A stretch of 63,016 nt of DNA, filler included. It is 14 parts of 14 records of this genome, joined end to end, with 100 filler letters (N's around TTAATTAATTAA, not from the genome) between each part and the next. Parts side by side here need not be neighbours in the genome. Positions count along the whole stretch, not along the records: positions 41,881 to 46,238 come from SRR7504441_110563; positions 46,339 to 49,622 come from SRR7504441_110574; positions 49,723 to 55,102 come from SRR7504441_110706; 11 more parts are not named here. The stretch is one strand, 5' to 3'. Each line of letters begins with the position of its first letter. The first letter of the stretch is position 1. This document shows positions 44,179 through 54,399 of this stretch, piece by piece. Under the pieces are notes generated by a model. The model was not told the origin of the DNA, made no database searches, and was given only the letters and a program-made list of their open reading frames with translations. Both the position numbers and the translations under genes were made by a program.

Positions 44179-45420
44179 TTACTCCACGCGGGCGATAAGC
44201 AATGGATACTCCACAAGATCTTCGTCTCCGCATATGACCATGAAGACACAATCCTCATCAACACACAGCCAATAGAAGGTGGCGTCTTCCCATTCTGATG
44301 TGGAGTACCCGCCACACGCACGAGCAAGAGCACATGTTGGCACCCCGTGACATTCAGTCGCCATGGCATTTTCAGACCATTGAGCGAGGGCGAACCTTTC
44401 GTTGCTGCACTCAAGGATCCGTGTACTGTAGACAGGTTTATCCTGTGCAGCTGCAAAAAGAAGCCGACTTCGAGGATGGAACGCCATCGTGAAAGGACCG
44501 TTCGGGCCCGATGACGGAATGCTGATGCTGTGCTGGAAGTTGAGTTGATTGTCGCTAGAGTAGCCAAGTACCTGAATGCGTCCATTACTTTCGTCGGCCA
44601 CCAACACGTGCCCAGTGTGGGTGATAGCAATTGCACGTGGGAACTTGAAGCATTTCGGCCCACTGCCTGGGCTACCAACCGAACCGATGAAACGTAGCGT
44701 TGGCACACCGTCTGCCAGCAGCTGAAACCGGAGAAGGCGGTGATAGCTGCTTGAGCATGCATCTGCAACGAGCAGTTCGCCTTGTCCTTCGTGTACGGCG
44801 ATTCCTTGAGGGGCTCCTTTGATCAAGCCGGCTGGCGTCATTCGGCCTGTAAATACGAGCTGTGGACTGGCCGAAGTGTTGTTACCGCCCCACACGCCCG
44901 ATCCGGCGTGTGGCTCGGCCGATTCATCAGGGGGTAGCCAGGTGAACTCCCGGACCACGGCCCACCTGTCACGGTCGGGCCCCACCTGTTCGACGTGGAT
45001 TATGAAAATGAACAGGCGGCGGCCCCAGGTGCAGCTCCCACCGGGTCCTTCCCATGTTTGACCGTCACTGGTACTCTCGTACCGATGCACGTGTTGCTGG
45101 TTCTCAAGGTCAACCATCTCGACGGCATCATCAAACGTGTTCATCACTGCAGCATAGCGGAGACGACCATGCTTATCCGGAAGCGGGAGGACCCCTTGCG
45201 CCCGGTCGACCCGCAGGCCGTGGGGCGCGCCCAGCATCGAGTCAAGCCGGAGCCCCGTGTACGTCGAGGCGAGCGCGGCCTCCCACGCGGCCCTCTCGGG
45301 CCGAAGCTGCCTGCAGGTCTCGGACAAATTGACCAGCGCCGAGCGGTTCAGCTGCGGGTAGAGCACCCGCTGCAGTTCGCCCAGTACCCCGGCCCAGTCG
45401 AGCTCGCCGGCGACAGGCAT
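44179..45420 (-). CDS. NHL-repeat beta-propeller protein with an F-box-like N-terminus
   Basis: PQGIAV..LLVAD..HRLLRF and GSPGSGPKCFKFPRAIAI..VLVADESNGRIQV; N-terminal LVNLSETCRQLR. Confidence 0.8.
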   Translation of the reverse strand: MPVAGELDWAGVLGELQRVLYPQLNRSALVNLSETCRQLRPERAAWEAALASTYTGLRLDSMLGAPHGLRVDRAQGVLPLPDKHGRLRYAAVMNTFDDAVEMVDLENQQHVHRYESTSDGQTWEGPGGSCTWGRRLFIFIIHVEQVGPDRDRWAVVREFTWLPPDESAEPHAGSGVWGGNNTSASPQLVFTGRMTPAGLIKGAPQGIAVHEGQGELLVADACSSSYHRLLRFQLLADGVPTLRFIGSVGSPGSGPKCFKFPRAIAITHTGHVLVADESNGRIQVLGYSSDNQLNFQHSISIPSSGPNGPFTMAFHPRSRLLFAAAQDKPVYSTRILECSNERFALAQWSENAMATECHGVPTCALARACGGYSTSEWEDATFYWLCVDEDCVFMVICGDEDLVEYPLLIARVE

Positions 45421-45772
45421 CGTTCCGCCGCGGAATGATGAGCAGATCGGTAACGGACTTCCATCTACCGGAAAGCCGATGCCGCTTTCGGGCGACGCGC
45501 ATCAGGCGTTTAAGGGCAAGGAGGGGCCGTTCCCGGGCCCCGAGGCTGTCAAGCAGCGGCTGGAGGTGGTCGTCAGCCACATCGACAAAAACAGTCCCCC
45601 CCCCCCCCGCCGATCTATCCCTGGGCGCCTCGGGCGGCGCTGTTAGGGCCCGGGTTAGGGTCTGGCCCAATCCAGATCGACTACGCCAGTTCGCCTGATG
45701 GCCTGGCAGCCCCAGCGGCCGGCCGGCTAGAGCTCGCGTTATTACGCCTCCCCGCTGCCCAGTGGTTCAGAC

Positions 45773-46111
45773 TTGGTGTGGTGGGCAGACGACGGCGTGC
45801 TCTCCAAAGACGAGTTCCTCAGCCTGCTTCCGTCGGACGAACACGACGAAGACCTGTTCGGCATCACCGGTGACCCCCCGTGCCGTCGGCACCGCGGCGA
45901 GCCGGTCGCAGCCGAGGCCTTCGTGGAGCAAATCTCTGGATATTTCTGCGAGGCAATTTTAATTAAGGGCCGTCCAGCGGCTCAGCCTGTGGCAGTCGGG
46001 GAACTGGGACTCGGCCGGCCCCAAGCTGATGGCGATGGAAGAGTTCTACAGCATCGAGGAGGAAGAGGAGACCTGACTGGAGCGGCACTATCCGGTACGA
46101 GTATTAGGTAG
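45773..46111 (+). CDS. Small spliced protein with an EF-hand-like loop, boundaries approximate
   Basis: ADDGVLSKDEFLSLL motif followed by apparent mini-introns. Confidence 0.3.
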   Translation: MVWWADDGVLSKDEFLSLLPSDEHDEDLFGITGDPPCRRHRGEPVAAEAFVEQISGYFCEAILIKGRPAAQPVAVGELGLGRPQADGDGRVLQHRGGRGDLTGAALSGTSIR

Positions 46112-46566
46112 CGAGGTTGGTGTCCGGGCTGTTTATTTAGTGAACATTTATTGGGCTGGCCTGTGTGTGTATGTATACATCGAGCCTCCGTATAGACGTT
46201 GCCGGCTCCGTTTGTGATCATTGGCCCTTGTCGCATCGNNNNNNNNNNNNNNNNNNNNNNNNNNNNNNNNNNNNNNNNNNNNTTAATTAATTAANNNNNN
46301 NNNNNNNNNNNNNNNNNNNNNNNNNNNNNNNNNNNNNNGAACCGGCCCGGCGGCATTTATTTTAGGAGATCTTTTCTAAAATGTCATAAAGACTTAATTA
46401 AGTACTAAAAGTGACTGTGCCGCCCCGTCTGCACTGCACCCAGACACAGCAGCCTAGGAGCACAAGGCCCCAGAGGTAGCGCCCAGGGCTTGCCATGCTC
46501 CGGAATCTCCACTCAGGAGATGCCTACTCGTATGGACTTTGGAAACAACGGAAGATTGCCAGTCTT

Positions 46567-46590
46567 CTGTAGACTGTAGACTGTAGACTG
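46567..46590. repeat. Short tandem repeat (CTGTAGA)x3
   Basis: ctgtagactgtagactgtagactg. Confidence 0.8.
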
Positions 46591-46975
46591 AGGGTGCCTA
46601 TGTTTAATTCTCTAGGTATTGTAATAGAGATTGTAATAAAACAAAATTCTTACGGTACTATAGATCCCCCTGGCGGGAGGTGTGAAAAATCCGCTCATGA
46701 TCAGTCTAAGCCGAGCTGGGCATGGCGGCATGGTTGCATGGCATTTCGTGATCACGATCATGATCGCATGATCAGGCCTACGTAGGGGAGATGGGTGGGC
46801 GTGCACGGGCGTGTCAGGCTACCAACTGGGCTACTATCGGGCTACGCCGGCTATACGCGGCTTGCACGCCTACGCGCCGGCTCCTTCGCTCCTCAGCTCC
46901 TCGGAATAATGATCTCTCAGTAAAGCCATAGTTGAATAAAGTTTTGTTCGAATGCGTAAACAGTTTCATATAATG

Positions 46976-48158
46976 CTAATCGCCCGCGTCCTCTTCATCG
47001 GAGTCTTCTACTACATTACCGGCCTTGTTGACCGTCACCATGTGCGGGGGCGGCTCACCCGCCAGCATCATCAGCTTCAGCCGACTGAGTGTCTTCCGAT
47101 CCACTCGCTCCCCTGGCATGAGCCCAGCCCACTCCTTGATCTCCCTCTTCTGCTCCGCCTTGGACGCCAGTCCATGCTTGAGCGCCTGCCCACCCATCCT
47201 CCAGCCCCGCCCAGCCAGGGGCCACCTGCACACTGTGGTACGGGCAGCGCAACTTGGGCTGGGGGCACGGCACGCCGGCGTGGCTCAACACGCCGCACAG
47301 CTCCTCCGCCTCTTCCCCGCATCGCAGCTCATGAGCCTCCGCGATCGCCAGCCTGCCAAACTCTAGCCCGCACTTGTCGCAGACGTAGACCTCTCCGTCG
47401 CCGCCTTCGTCTGCCCAACCACCCTCCTCCTCCGGTGGCGCGCAGGGCAGGCATACATCCCCCACTGCCGCCTCCTCCTCGCAGGAGTCCTCGTGCGGGG
47501 CGGCGATTTGTCCCATCCCGAGCCGTTTCCTAGCTGCATTGTGCCACTTGGCTAGCTGGGCCCGCTGAGTCCCAGTACAGCCCAACTGGTCAGCCCGGGC
47601 GCACAGCAGCTCGAGCAGACCCCGACCCTGCTCAACGTCCCGCTCCGGCACCTTGGGCCCGAACCGGCCCGGCTTGCCCCCGCCGAGCGGCCCCGACTGC
47701 ATCGCGCGCTGCGCCACCTCGAACACCGCTTGCCCTACCGACCGGTCCCGCGCTGCCCCGCCAGGAATGGGCCCGCCCGGCCGCAAGAACACGGCCAGCT
47801 GCTCCGCCGCCGACCGCCACGCCCCCGCCCCGATTTGGCTGCCTCGCTGCTGCTTGGGCCCCCGGCCGCCGAACCGGTCGCTCAGCCCCGAGAGCACCCG
47901 GGCGTGCCGCGGGTGCAGACGCCCGTCCGGTGGGGGCTCGGGCTCGGACGAGCTGTTGGCATGCTCGGGCGGCGCCGGCTCCTCGGTCTCGGGCGGCGCC
48001 GGGTCGTCCCCCTCGGAAGAAGACGGCTGGTCCTCCTCGGAAGATGGGGGGTCTGGCCTGTCCCGCTGGGCGGCCCGCTTGGCTCTGAGGGCCTCGCGCT
48101 TCTGCTTGCCCGAGTGGGGCGTCCGGCGGGGAGCCCAGGAGGGCTGGCCCTGCACCAT
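46976..48158 (-). CDS. Hypothetical protein with a C2H2-like and a C3H-like zinc finger
   Basis: YVCDKCGLEF..AEAHELRC and CGVLSHAGVPC..RCPYH; basic N-terminus; the last exon is in ORF 46976-47233. Confidence 0.55.
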
Positions 48159-48277
48159 GGTGCTGGGGGACTGCGAGTGCCGGCTCTACTCGAGTGCCCC
48201 TGCACGCAGCCACGAAGTCCGTTGTGTAAATCGCGTCGGGTGTCCGGCGCTTCGCTCTCCACTGCAGCGTAGCAGGG

Positions 48278-49622
48278 ATGGACCCCGCGGAGGTGCGCGT
48301 GGAGCCGGCCGACTTGGACGAGGCCGAGCGGCTGCTGCCCGGACCGGGGGCCAAGTCCGGCGGCGAGCTGCAGCACCCGCCCAATTTCCACTGCTGGGCA
48401 ATCGTGACGGCGACCGCAAGCGGGGCCTCGCTCGGGTCGGGGGTGCTCCGGCTGGCGCTCTCGATACTGGTGGTGCTGGTGCAAGTGTTTGTGCTCGGCC
48501 TGATGATACGTGAGAGCGACAACGCGCGGTGCCTCGGGCACGAGGGCTGCCCGTCAGGCACCTGGTGCGGGGGTGTGGGTGACCTGGCCGGTGGGGCTGG
48601 CAAGAGCGGGGCCTGCTTCGACTGCTACTACGTCACTGCCGACACCCAGTGGGCCCGGACGCACACTTCAACCGACTTCGAGGAGGCGAGGGCGCACTGC
48701 GCCAGGCACGACTTGTACCCGGACCGGTGCGACTACATAGTGCGCAGCTCGGAGCGGGCGACGGGCTGCTCGCTGTTTATTGTGCTGTTTGTGGCTGTGC
48801 TTGTCCCACTGCCGATCATCAACGACGCCGACGAGGTGGCGGCAGATAACCAGATCCTAGTGCACAGGCTTGAGACTATGGAGTCTGCCACTCGGCAATG
48901 GGTGTTGTACGCACTGGCCTGGACTGTTTTAGTGCTCCGGAAGTGGCTGCTGCCTGCGATGCTGGTGGGGGCGGCGGTGGCACAGACGCTCACCAATCCA
49001 ATGACAGTGCAGCAGATCCTGCTCAACGGACTGTGCGTTTGCTTTATAATGGAGGTGGATGTTGTCTTATGGCATTACATCATCCCCCGCAGCCAGGAGC
49101 AGGTCATTCAGGTGATGCAAACGGCCACACCGACCGAGCCCCCGCCCACCCCACACGGCGCCATCAAACACTTCGGCCCTTTCTGGAGCCAAGATCACAT
49201 TATGATCAGGAGAGAGCCTTGGCTGCTCTCCAGGGCGTATGCTTTCTCGCTCTCTCTGCTGATGGTCGCCTTGTGCTACTCTCCATTCTCTTTCTCGCAC
49301 GAATCCTTCTTCTTCGTGCGACGGGTCTCTACGCCGGAGTTCCCGATGGCACCGCACAAGATGGGTCTGTGTGACAAAATCTCCGCCGTGTGCTCCACTA
49401 CCGTGCTTTTCTCTCTCGTGGCGGCATTCACAGTGGGGATCGTCCAAATGTTCCAGTCAATACAGCGCAGGTATCGATGCCAAAAGCCGGATAGGTGGGC
49501 GCTCGAGATTGGCATTGGGCTCGCGTCGCTGCTGGTACGGATCCTGGTGTTGTGCGCAACGTTTCTGCCGCTCAGCTGGGCGGCCGACGCGCTGTACAAC
49601 ACGGGTTTTGTTTCAGATGACG
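48278..49622 (+). CDS. Hypothetical multi-pass membrane protein with a Cys-rich extracellular loop (3'-partial)
   Basis: ORF of about 450 aa with about 8 hydrophobic segments and a CLGHEGCPSGTWC..CFDC loop. Confidence 0.65.
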
Positions 49623-49722
49623 NNNNNNNNNNNNNNNNNNNNNNNNNNNNNNNNNNNNNNNNNNNNTTAATTAATTAANNNNNNNNNNNNNNNNNNNNNN
49701 NNNNNNNNNNNNNNNNNNNNNN

Positions 49723-50022
49723 ACAGAATGTTCCAAAATACGTTACCAAACATAAGCCTTGAAAGAAGTTACGAGATAGAAAAGGTTTGATAACATGATT
49801 CCTATTCATTTCTTCTTTCAGGTCTGACAAGTAAATGTATATGTCCGAGTTATAAACGTACTTTGTTCTCAATACATATATATAATGTAAAATAGATAAA
49901 ATAAGTATTTTAGATATATTTATGATAAAAGGTGTTCCTATTATAAAGTCTACAAAGATAATAAAGATTATTCCAATAGGAAAAGCCAACGCGCGCCAAT
50001 TTTTCGTAAGATTTTTAAACAT
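49723..50022 (-). CDS. Unassigned mitochondrial membrane ORF (3'-partial)
   Basis: ATG at 50022, two hydrophobic N-terminal segments, open to the contig end. Confidence 0.45.
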
Positions 50023-50056
50023 AAAGCGAATTGTGATTCTTTTATTATTAAAATAA

Positions 50057-50129
50057 TAGGCAATAACGGGTTCGAACCGTTGACCTTCTCGGTGTAAACG
50101 AGACGCTCTACCAACTGAGCTAATTACCT
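50057..50129 (-). tRNA. trnV: tRNA-Val(UAC)
   Basis: Acceptor AGGTAAT/ATTGCCT; anticodon arm TCTCG-TTTACAC-CGAGA; GTTCGAA T-loop. Confidence 0.95.
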
Positions 50130-50178
50130 TATAAAAAGTACACCCAGAAAGCTGAAGTGTATCTTTTATTTATTTATT

Positions 50179-50934
50179 CTAATGTAAATTAATACTATCA
50201 GATAAGTACATACAGGCTAGCATTGTGAAAACGTAAGCTTGTAAGAATGCTATACCAACTTCTAAACCTGTAACAGCAAGTACAACAGAAAGTGTTAAGA
50301 ACGATCCAAAAAGACCTAAAGCTCCTGCAGATAACATTGCCCAAGCAAAACCTGCCAGAATCTTTAAAAGAGAGTGACCCGCCATCATATTTGCAAATAA
50401 TCGTACAGATATAGAAATGACTTGAAAAAAGTAGGATAAAATTTCAATACCAATTAAGAATGGCATCATAGCAAAAGGAGCTCCTGATGGCATAAACCGA
50501 CTAAAAAAATGGATTCCATGGTGTCGAAGTCCAATAATCATAGCACCAAACCAAATTATGATTCCTAATGTAAAAGTAACTGCCAAGTGACTTGTTACAC
50601 AAAAACTATAAGGGACCATACCGACTAAATTTGAAAATAATATAAAAGAGAACAAGAAAAAGTAAAAAGGGAAATATCGGGCTGCTAATTTTTCATCCCC
50701 AACCATATTTTCTACTGTTTCTAAGATGAATTCATATAAAGACTCTACACCAGATTGCCAGTTACTAGGAATAATTGTAGCTTGATACATAGCTAGGCTA
50801 TAAATCAGATACATTAGATCACAACCAATTATCATAAAAAGACTAGAGTTAGTAAAAGATAAACAAGTATTTCCAAATTCAATGCTTATAAGTGAGCTTA
50901 CACAAAATTGTTCTAAGGGTGAATGTAAAAACAT
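50179..50934 (-). CDS. atp6: ATP synthase F0 subunit a
   Basis: SPLEQF, NLVGMVPYSF, ISISVRLFANMMAGH, LEVGIAFLQAYVF. Confidence 0.98.
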   Translation of the reverse strand: MFLHSPLEQFCVSSLISIEFGNTCLSFTNSSLFMIIGCDLMYLIYSLAMYQATIIPSNWQSGVESLYEFILETVENMVGDEKLAARYFPFYFFLFSFILFSNLVGMVPYSFCVTSHLAVTFTLGIIIWFGAMIIGLRHHGIHFFSRFMPSGAPFAMMPFLIGIEILSYFFQVISISVRLFANMMAGHSLLKILAGFAWAMLSAGALGLFGSFLTLSVVLAVTGLEVGIAFLQAYVFTMLACMYLSDSINLH

Positions 50935-51287
50935 AATACTTTATAATTAAATTTTTTTTAATTAGTTAATTTTTCTAAAACATTGTATATAAATAAATGA
51001 AGTTATCTTCATTTAAAACTGTAAATTAAAATTATTTCAACGAATAAAGAGTAATAAAAGCTAATTTTTTAAAAATCTCTATTAATTTCTCAACACCTTT
51101 CAAAGACTATTCTTGAACGACTCTTTGGGTACCGTGAAGATATGTAAGGCTTCTACAGCAATAAATATGACTGTTATAGGATTTGTTGAAATAAATTCTA
51201 TAACAGAAAAAAACATAAATTAGTTGGTTCCTTTTAAAGGAATAAGTTAAATTTTTTTTTTTAATTATGTAAATATTCAAATATAAC

Positions 51288-51360
51288 GGGTGTATAGCTC
51301 AGTTGGTAGAGCACCAGGCTTTTAACCTGTGGGTCTTGGGTTCGAATCCCAATGCACTCA
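51288..51360 (+). tRNA. trnK: tRNA-Lys(UUU)
   Basis: GGGTGTA/TGCACTC acceptor; CTTTTAA anticodon loop; GGTTCGAATCC T-arm. Confidence 0.95.
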
Positions 51361-51382
51361 TAACTTAAAAATAATAAAGAAT

Positions 51383-51682
51383 ATGTCAAATTTCCTTAAA
51401 CGTGATAGTAAACGTCGCGTAAATTATTTAAAAACTTTTCGACTGCGAGAAACTCTAAGAACGAAATTGAAAGACCGTAGTGTGTGTATGCAAGAACGAT
51501 ATCAAATGCAGATTAAATTGAATCAATTAGCAAAAGATTCATCTAAAATTCGTCTTAGTAATCGGTGTATAAAATCTGGACGAACTCATAGCGTTTTGAA
51601 AGTTTTTCGATTATCACGAATTGAATTAAGAGGTTATATTAATGAAGGTTCTGTCAATGGTTTTAAAAAATCAAGTTGGTAG
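51383..51682 (+). CDS. rps14: Ribosomal protein S14
   Basis: MSNFLKRDSKRR..DSSKIRLSNRCIKSGR..FRLSRIELR..GFKKSSW. Confidence 0.96.
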   Translation: MSNFLKRDSKRRVNYLKTFRLRETLRTKLKDRSVCMQERYQMQIKLNQLAKDSSKIRLSNRCIKSGRTHSVLKVFRLSRIELRGYINEGSVNGFKKSSW

Positions 51683-52030
51683 TCTTTTAAAAAAAAGGTT
51701 TTTGTTTTCATTGAACAAACCAGATTCCCAACTAAATTCAGTGAGGTTTTTTAAAAAATTATTATTATCTTTCTCCTTCAAAGCTCCTAATTTTATATAT
51801 ATATAACAAAATGTAGTGTAAGATATATCACCATTATTATAGGACTCACATATTTTTTTTAAACAGAGACTACTTCTTCGTAGTAACAAAGTATTATTTA
51901 ACAGGAAAACTTTTTGTTGAGGCATATCAGATCTTAAAGTTAATACAACTCTATTGTCTTTTAAGATCTGTCCATAGTAATATTGGTTCGATACTCTTAG
52001 AGTAGACTTTAGTTTAAATAGATATTTCAT
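51671..52030 (-). CDS. rpl18: Divergent ribosomal protein L18
   Basis: Lies directly after rpl6 (spc order S8-L6-L18) with a TAATG overlap. LRVSNQYYYGQILKDNRVVL resembles SNKHIYAQII; KNLTEFSWESGLF resembles KALADAAREAGLxF. Confidence 0.7.
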   Translation of the reverse strand: MKYLFKLKSTLRVSNQYYYGQILKDNRVVLTLRSDMPQQKVFLLNNTLLLRRSSLCLKKICESYNNGDISYTTFCYIYIKLGALKEKDNNNFLKNLTEFSWESGLFNENKNLFFKRLPT

Positions 52031-52572
52031 TATTTCTTTTTACCTTCTTTTAATATTAATTTTTCGTTTTCTTGCAAAATTCCTTTACCTTTATAAACAT
52101 CTCTTTTTTTTAGACATTTTATTTGAGAAATAACTGTATGTACATCACGTTTGTTTATTCCAAAGATAAAAAGCTTATCTGGTTTTGGTGTTTGAATAAT
52201 TACAGTGCTAGGAATATTAAAAATCACTTCGTGACTGTAACCTAACTTGAAAATCAGTTTATTTTTTACTATACTTGCTCTATATCCTACCCCTTTTAGT
52301 ATAAGAGTTTCGCTAAATCCACGAGAAATACCATCAATGATATTTTTTAGATTTCGATATTCAGTTCCCCACAAACACTTTAACTTTTTGTTATTCTTTG
52401 TTTCTTTTGGAGTGATTGATAAGGTTGTTTTATCTAGTAAACTTGCTTGTAGGTTAGAGTGTATTTCATAATCTATGTTACCTAGATCACTTGAGAGTTT
52501 TATTAAACCATTATTTAAAATAACTCTCGTATTTGAGGGTACTTTAATTTTTTGTATTCCTATATTTGACAT
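52030..52572 (-). CDS. rpl6: Ribosomal protein L6
   Basis: MSNIGIQKIKVPS, LWGT, LKGVGYRA, LGYSHEV, DVYKGKGI..LKEGKKK. Confidence 0.97.
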   Translation of the reverse strand: MSNIGIQKIKVPSNTRVILNNGLIKLSSDLGNIDYEIHSNLQASLLDKTTLSITPKETKNNKKLKCLWGTEYRNLKNIIDGISRGFSETLILKGVGYRASIVKNKLIFKLGYSHEVIFNIPSTVIIQTPKPDKLFIFGINKRDVHTVISQIKCLKKRDVYKGKGILQENEKLILKEGKKK

Positions 52573-52580
52573 ATATTCTT

Positions 52581-52982
52581 TTAAAAGATTCTTAACAATA
52601 ATTTTCCCCCCTTGCGATTTTTTAAACATTCATAATCACTTATAATTCCTAGTGGAGTTGACAAAATGAATAAAGATAATCCAGATAAGGCTAATTTTTG
52701 TTTTGTAAGGTAGTTTAATTGTCTAAAAGATACTGTATTGTTGATATTTAATTGTGAATAGTATTTTATATTCTTTAGAACAGATTCATCTTTTGAATAT
52801 TTGAGAATAATTCTTATAAATGTTTTTTCAATACGAAAACTGTGTATATAACCATAAGTACGTAATATAACTACAATTTCTTCTATTTGCTTTGATTTGA
52901 CTAGAAGGACTTCTGATTGATTCTTACGAATGCTACTTAAAATTCTTGCAACAGCGTCAGCAAGTATATTGTTAATTTTCAT
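52581..52982 (-). CDS. rps8: Ribosomal protein S8
   Basis: LADAVARI, LRTYGYI, IILKY, ILSTPLGII, GGKLLLRIF. Confidence 0.93.
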   Translation of the reverse strand: MKINNILADAVARILSSIRKNQSEVLLVKSKQIEEIVVILRTYGYIHSFRIEKTFIRIILKYSKDESVLKNIKYYSQLNINNTVSFRQLNYLTKQKLALSGLSLFILSTPLGIISDYECLKNRKGGKLLLRIF

Positions 52983-53013
52983 CTTATTTAAGTTTTATAA
53001 TGTGTTTAATTAG

Positions 53014-53087
53014 TGCGGAATAGAGCAGTTCGGTAGCTCGTCAGGTTCATGACTTGAAGGTCATAGGTTCAAATCCTATTTCCGCAA
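53014..53087 (+). tRNA. trnM: tRNA-Met(CAU), fMet-like body
   Basis: TGCGGAA/TTCCGCA acceptor; TAGAGCAGTTCGGTAGCTCG D-arm; TTCATGA loop. Confidence 0.92.
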
Positions 53088-53094
53088 TTTCAAA

Positions 53095-53166
53095 TGAAGT
53101 ATAGCCAAGTGGTAAGGCATCCGTTTTTGATATGGACATGCAAAGGTTCGAATCCTTTTACTTCAA
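53095..53166 (+). tRNA. trnQ: tRNA-Gln(UUG)
   Basis: TGAAGTA/TACTTCA acceptor; TCCGT-TTTTGAT-ATGGA anticodon arm. Confidence 0.95.
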
Positions 53167-53218
53167 TTCTACTTTATTTGAACATTTGTTAGACTAGAAG
53201 AAAAAATACGATGTAAAT

Positions 53219-53292
<74 letters not shown>

Positions 53293-53308
53293 ATAACTAA
53301 ATAAAAAA

Positions 53309-54115
53309 ATGAGCTTAAAGTATTATAAACCTACAACACCAGGACAACGGCATAAAGTACGAGTTGATTATAAAAAAGATAATATATGGAGAGGAACACC
53401 TTTGAAACGTTTAACTTATAATTTGAGAAAACAACAGGGACGTAATAAAGGATTAATTTCAAGCTTTCATCGTGGTGGTGGTGCTAAACGCACTTTTAGG
53501 TATATTGATTTTACACGCAAAATTTTGGATACGAAAGGTACTGTATTACGTATTGAGTATGATCCGAACCGTTCTGTTTATGCAGCTTTAGTAGTATTTG
53601 AAACGGGTGCTTTATGTTATATGTTAGCTACCGAAGGTATTGGCGCGTTTGATACAATAAGTTCTACACGATTTGGAAAAGTATCTATCAGAAATGGAAA
53701 TTCTATGCCTTTAAAAGATATTCCTATAGGTACTAAAGTTCATAATATTGAAATATTCCCTTTAGGTGGTGGATCACTTTCTAGAGCAGCAGGCACTTTT
53801 GCTAAAATAATAAAAAAAGAAAATTCAAAAGTAACTTTACGAGTTAAATCAAAAAGAGAAATAATAGTATCTGATAGTTGTTTAGCAACAATTGGAATAA
53901 GCGCAAAAATTGATCATAAGAATATTGTTGGAGGCATGGCTGGTTATTCTCGTCACTTAGGTCAGCGACCTGTTGTACGAGGTGTAGCTATGAATCCTGT
54001 TGATCACCCGCATGGAGGAGGAGAAGGTAAAACTTCAGGTGGTCGTTTATCTGTTACTCCTTGGTCTATTCCAACAAAAGGATATAAGACAAAAAGAAAA
54101 CATTTACGAAAATAA
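53309..54115 (+). CDS. rpl2: Ribosomal protein L2
   Basis: KPTTPGQR, HRGGGAKR, IEYDPNRS, RGVAMNPVDHPHGGGEG. Confidence 0.98.
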   Translation: MSLKYYKPTTPGQRHKVRVDYKKDNIWRGTPLKRLTYNLRKQQGRNKGLISSFHRGGGAKRTFRYIDFTRKILDTKGTVLRIEYDPNRSVYAALVVFETGALCYMLATEGIGAFDTISSTRFGKVSIRNGNSMPLKDIPIGTKVHNIEIFPLGGGSLSRAAGTFAKIIKKENSKVTLRVKSKREIIVSDSCLATIGISAKIDHKNIVGGMAGYSRHLGQRPVVRGVAMNPVDHPHGGGEGKTSGGRLSVTPWSIPTKGYKTKRKHLRK

Positions 54116-54126
54116 AATAAAAAAAA

Positions 54127-54396
54127 ATGAGTCGCTCAAAATGGAAAGGACCTTTTTTCGATATAACGCTTCTTAAAAAAACTTTAGCGTCAAAGGGTGA
54201 GTTTAAACGTCTTCGAACTCGATCGCGAAGTTCAACAATCTTACGAGAGTTCATAGGTCGTGAGTTTGAAGTGCATACAGGCAACAATTTTGTAACTCTT
54301 AAAGTAACTAATGATATGCTAGGCCACAAATTTGGCGAATTTGCTTCAACAAGACGTTATGGTGTGAAAAAGAAGAAAAAAGGAAAAAAAGGATAA
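54127..54396 (+). CDS. rps19: Ribosomal protein S19
   Basis: MSRSKWKGPF, RSSTI, VHTG, MLGHKFGEFASTR. Confidence 0.98.
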   Translation: MSRSKWKGPFFDITLLKKTLASKGEFKRLRTRSRSSTILREFIGREFEVHTGNNFVTLKVTNDMLGHKFGEFASTRRYGVKKKKKGKKG

Positions 54397-54399
54397 TTT

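Noticed and set aside
47632-48603. Many long overlapping or antisense Pro/Arg/Gly/Ala-rich ORFs here and across the GC-rich contigs
   Set aside because: These are expected shadow ORFs in high-GC DNA with no recognisable motifs.
51100-51216. 38-codon minus-strand mitochondrial ORF (MFFSVIEF..) considered as tatA or atp8
   Set aside because: It lacks the TatA FG hinge and the Atp8 MPQ start, is short, and overlaps a hairpin.
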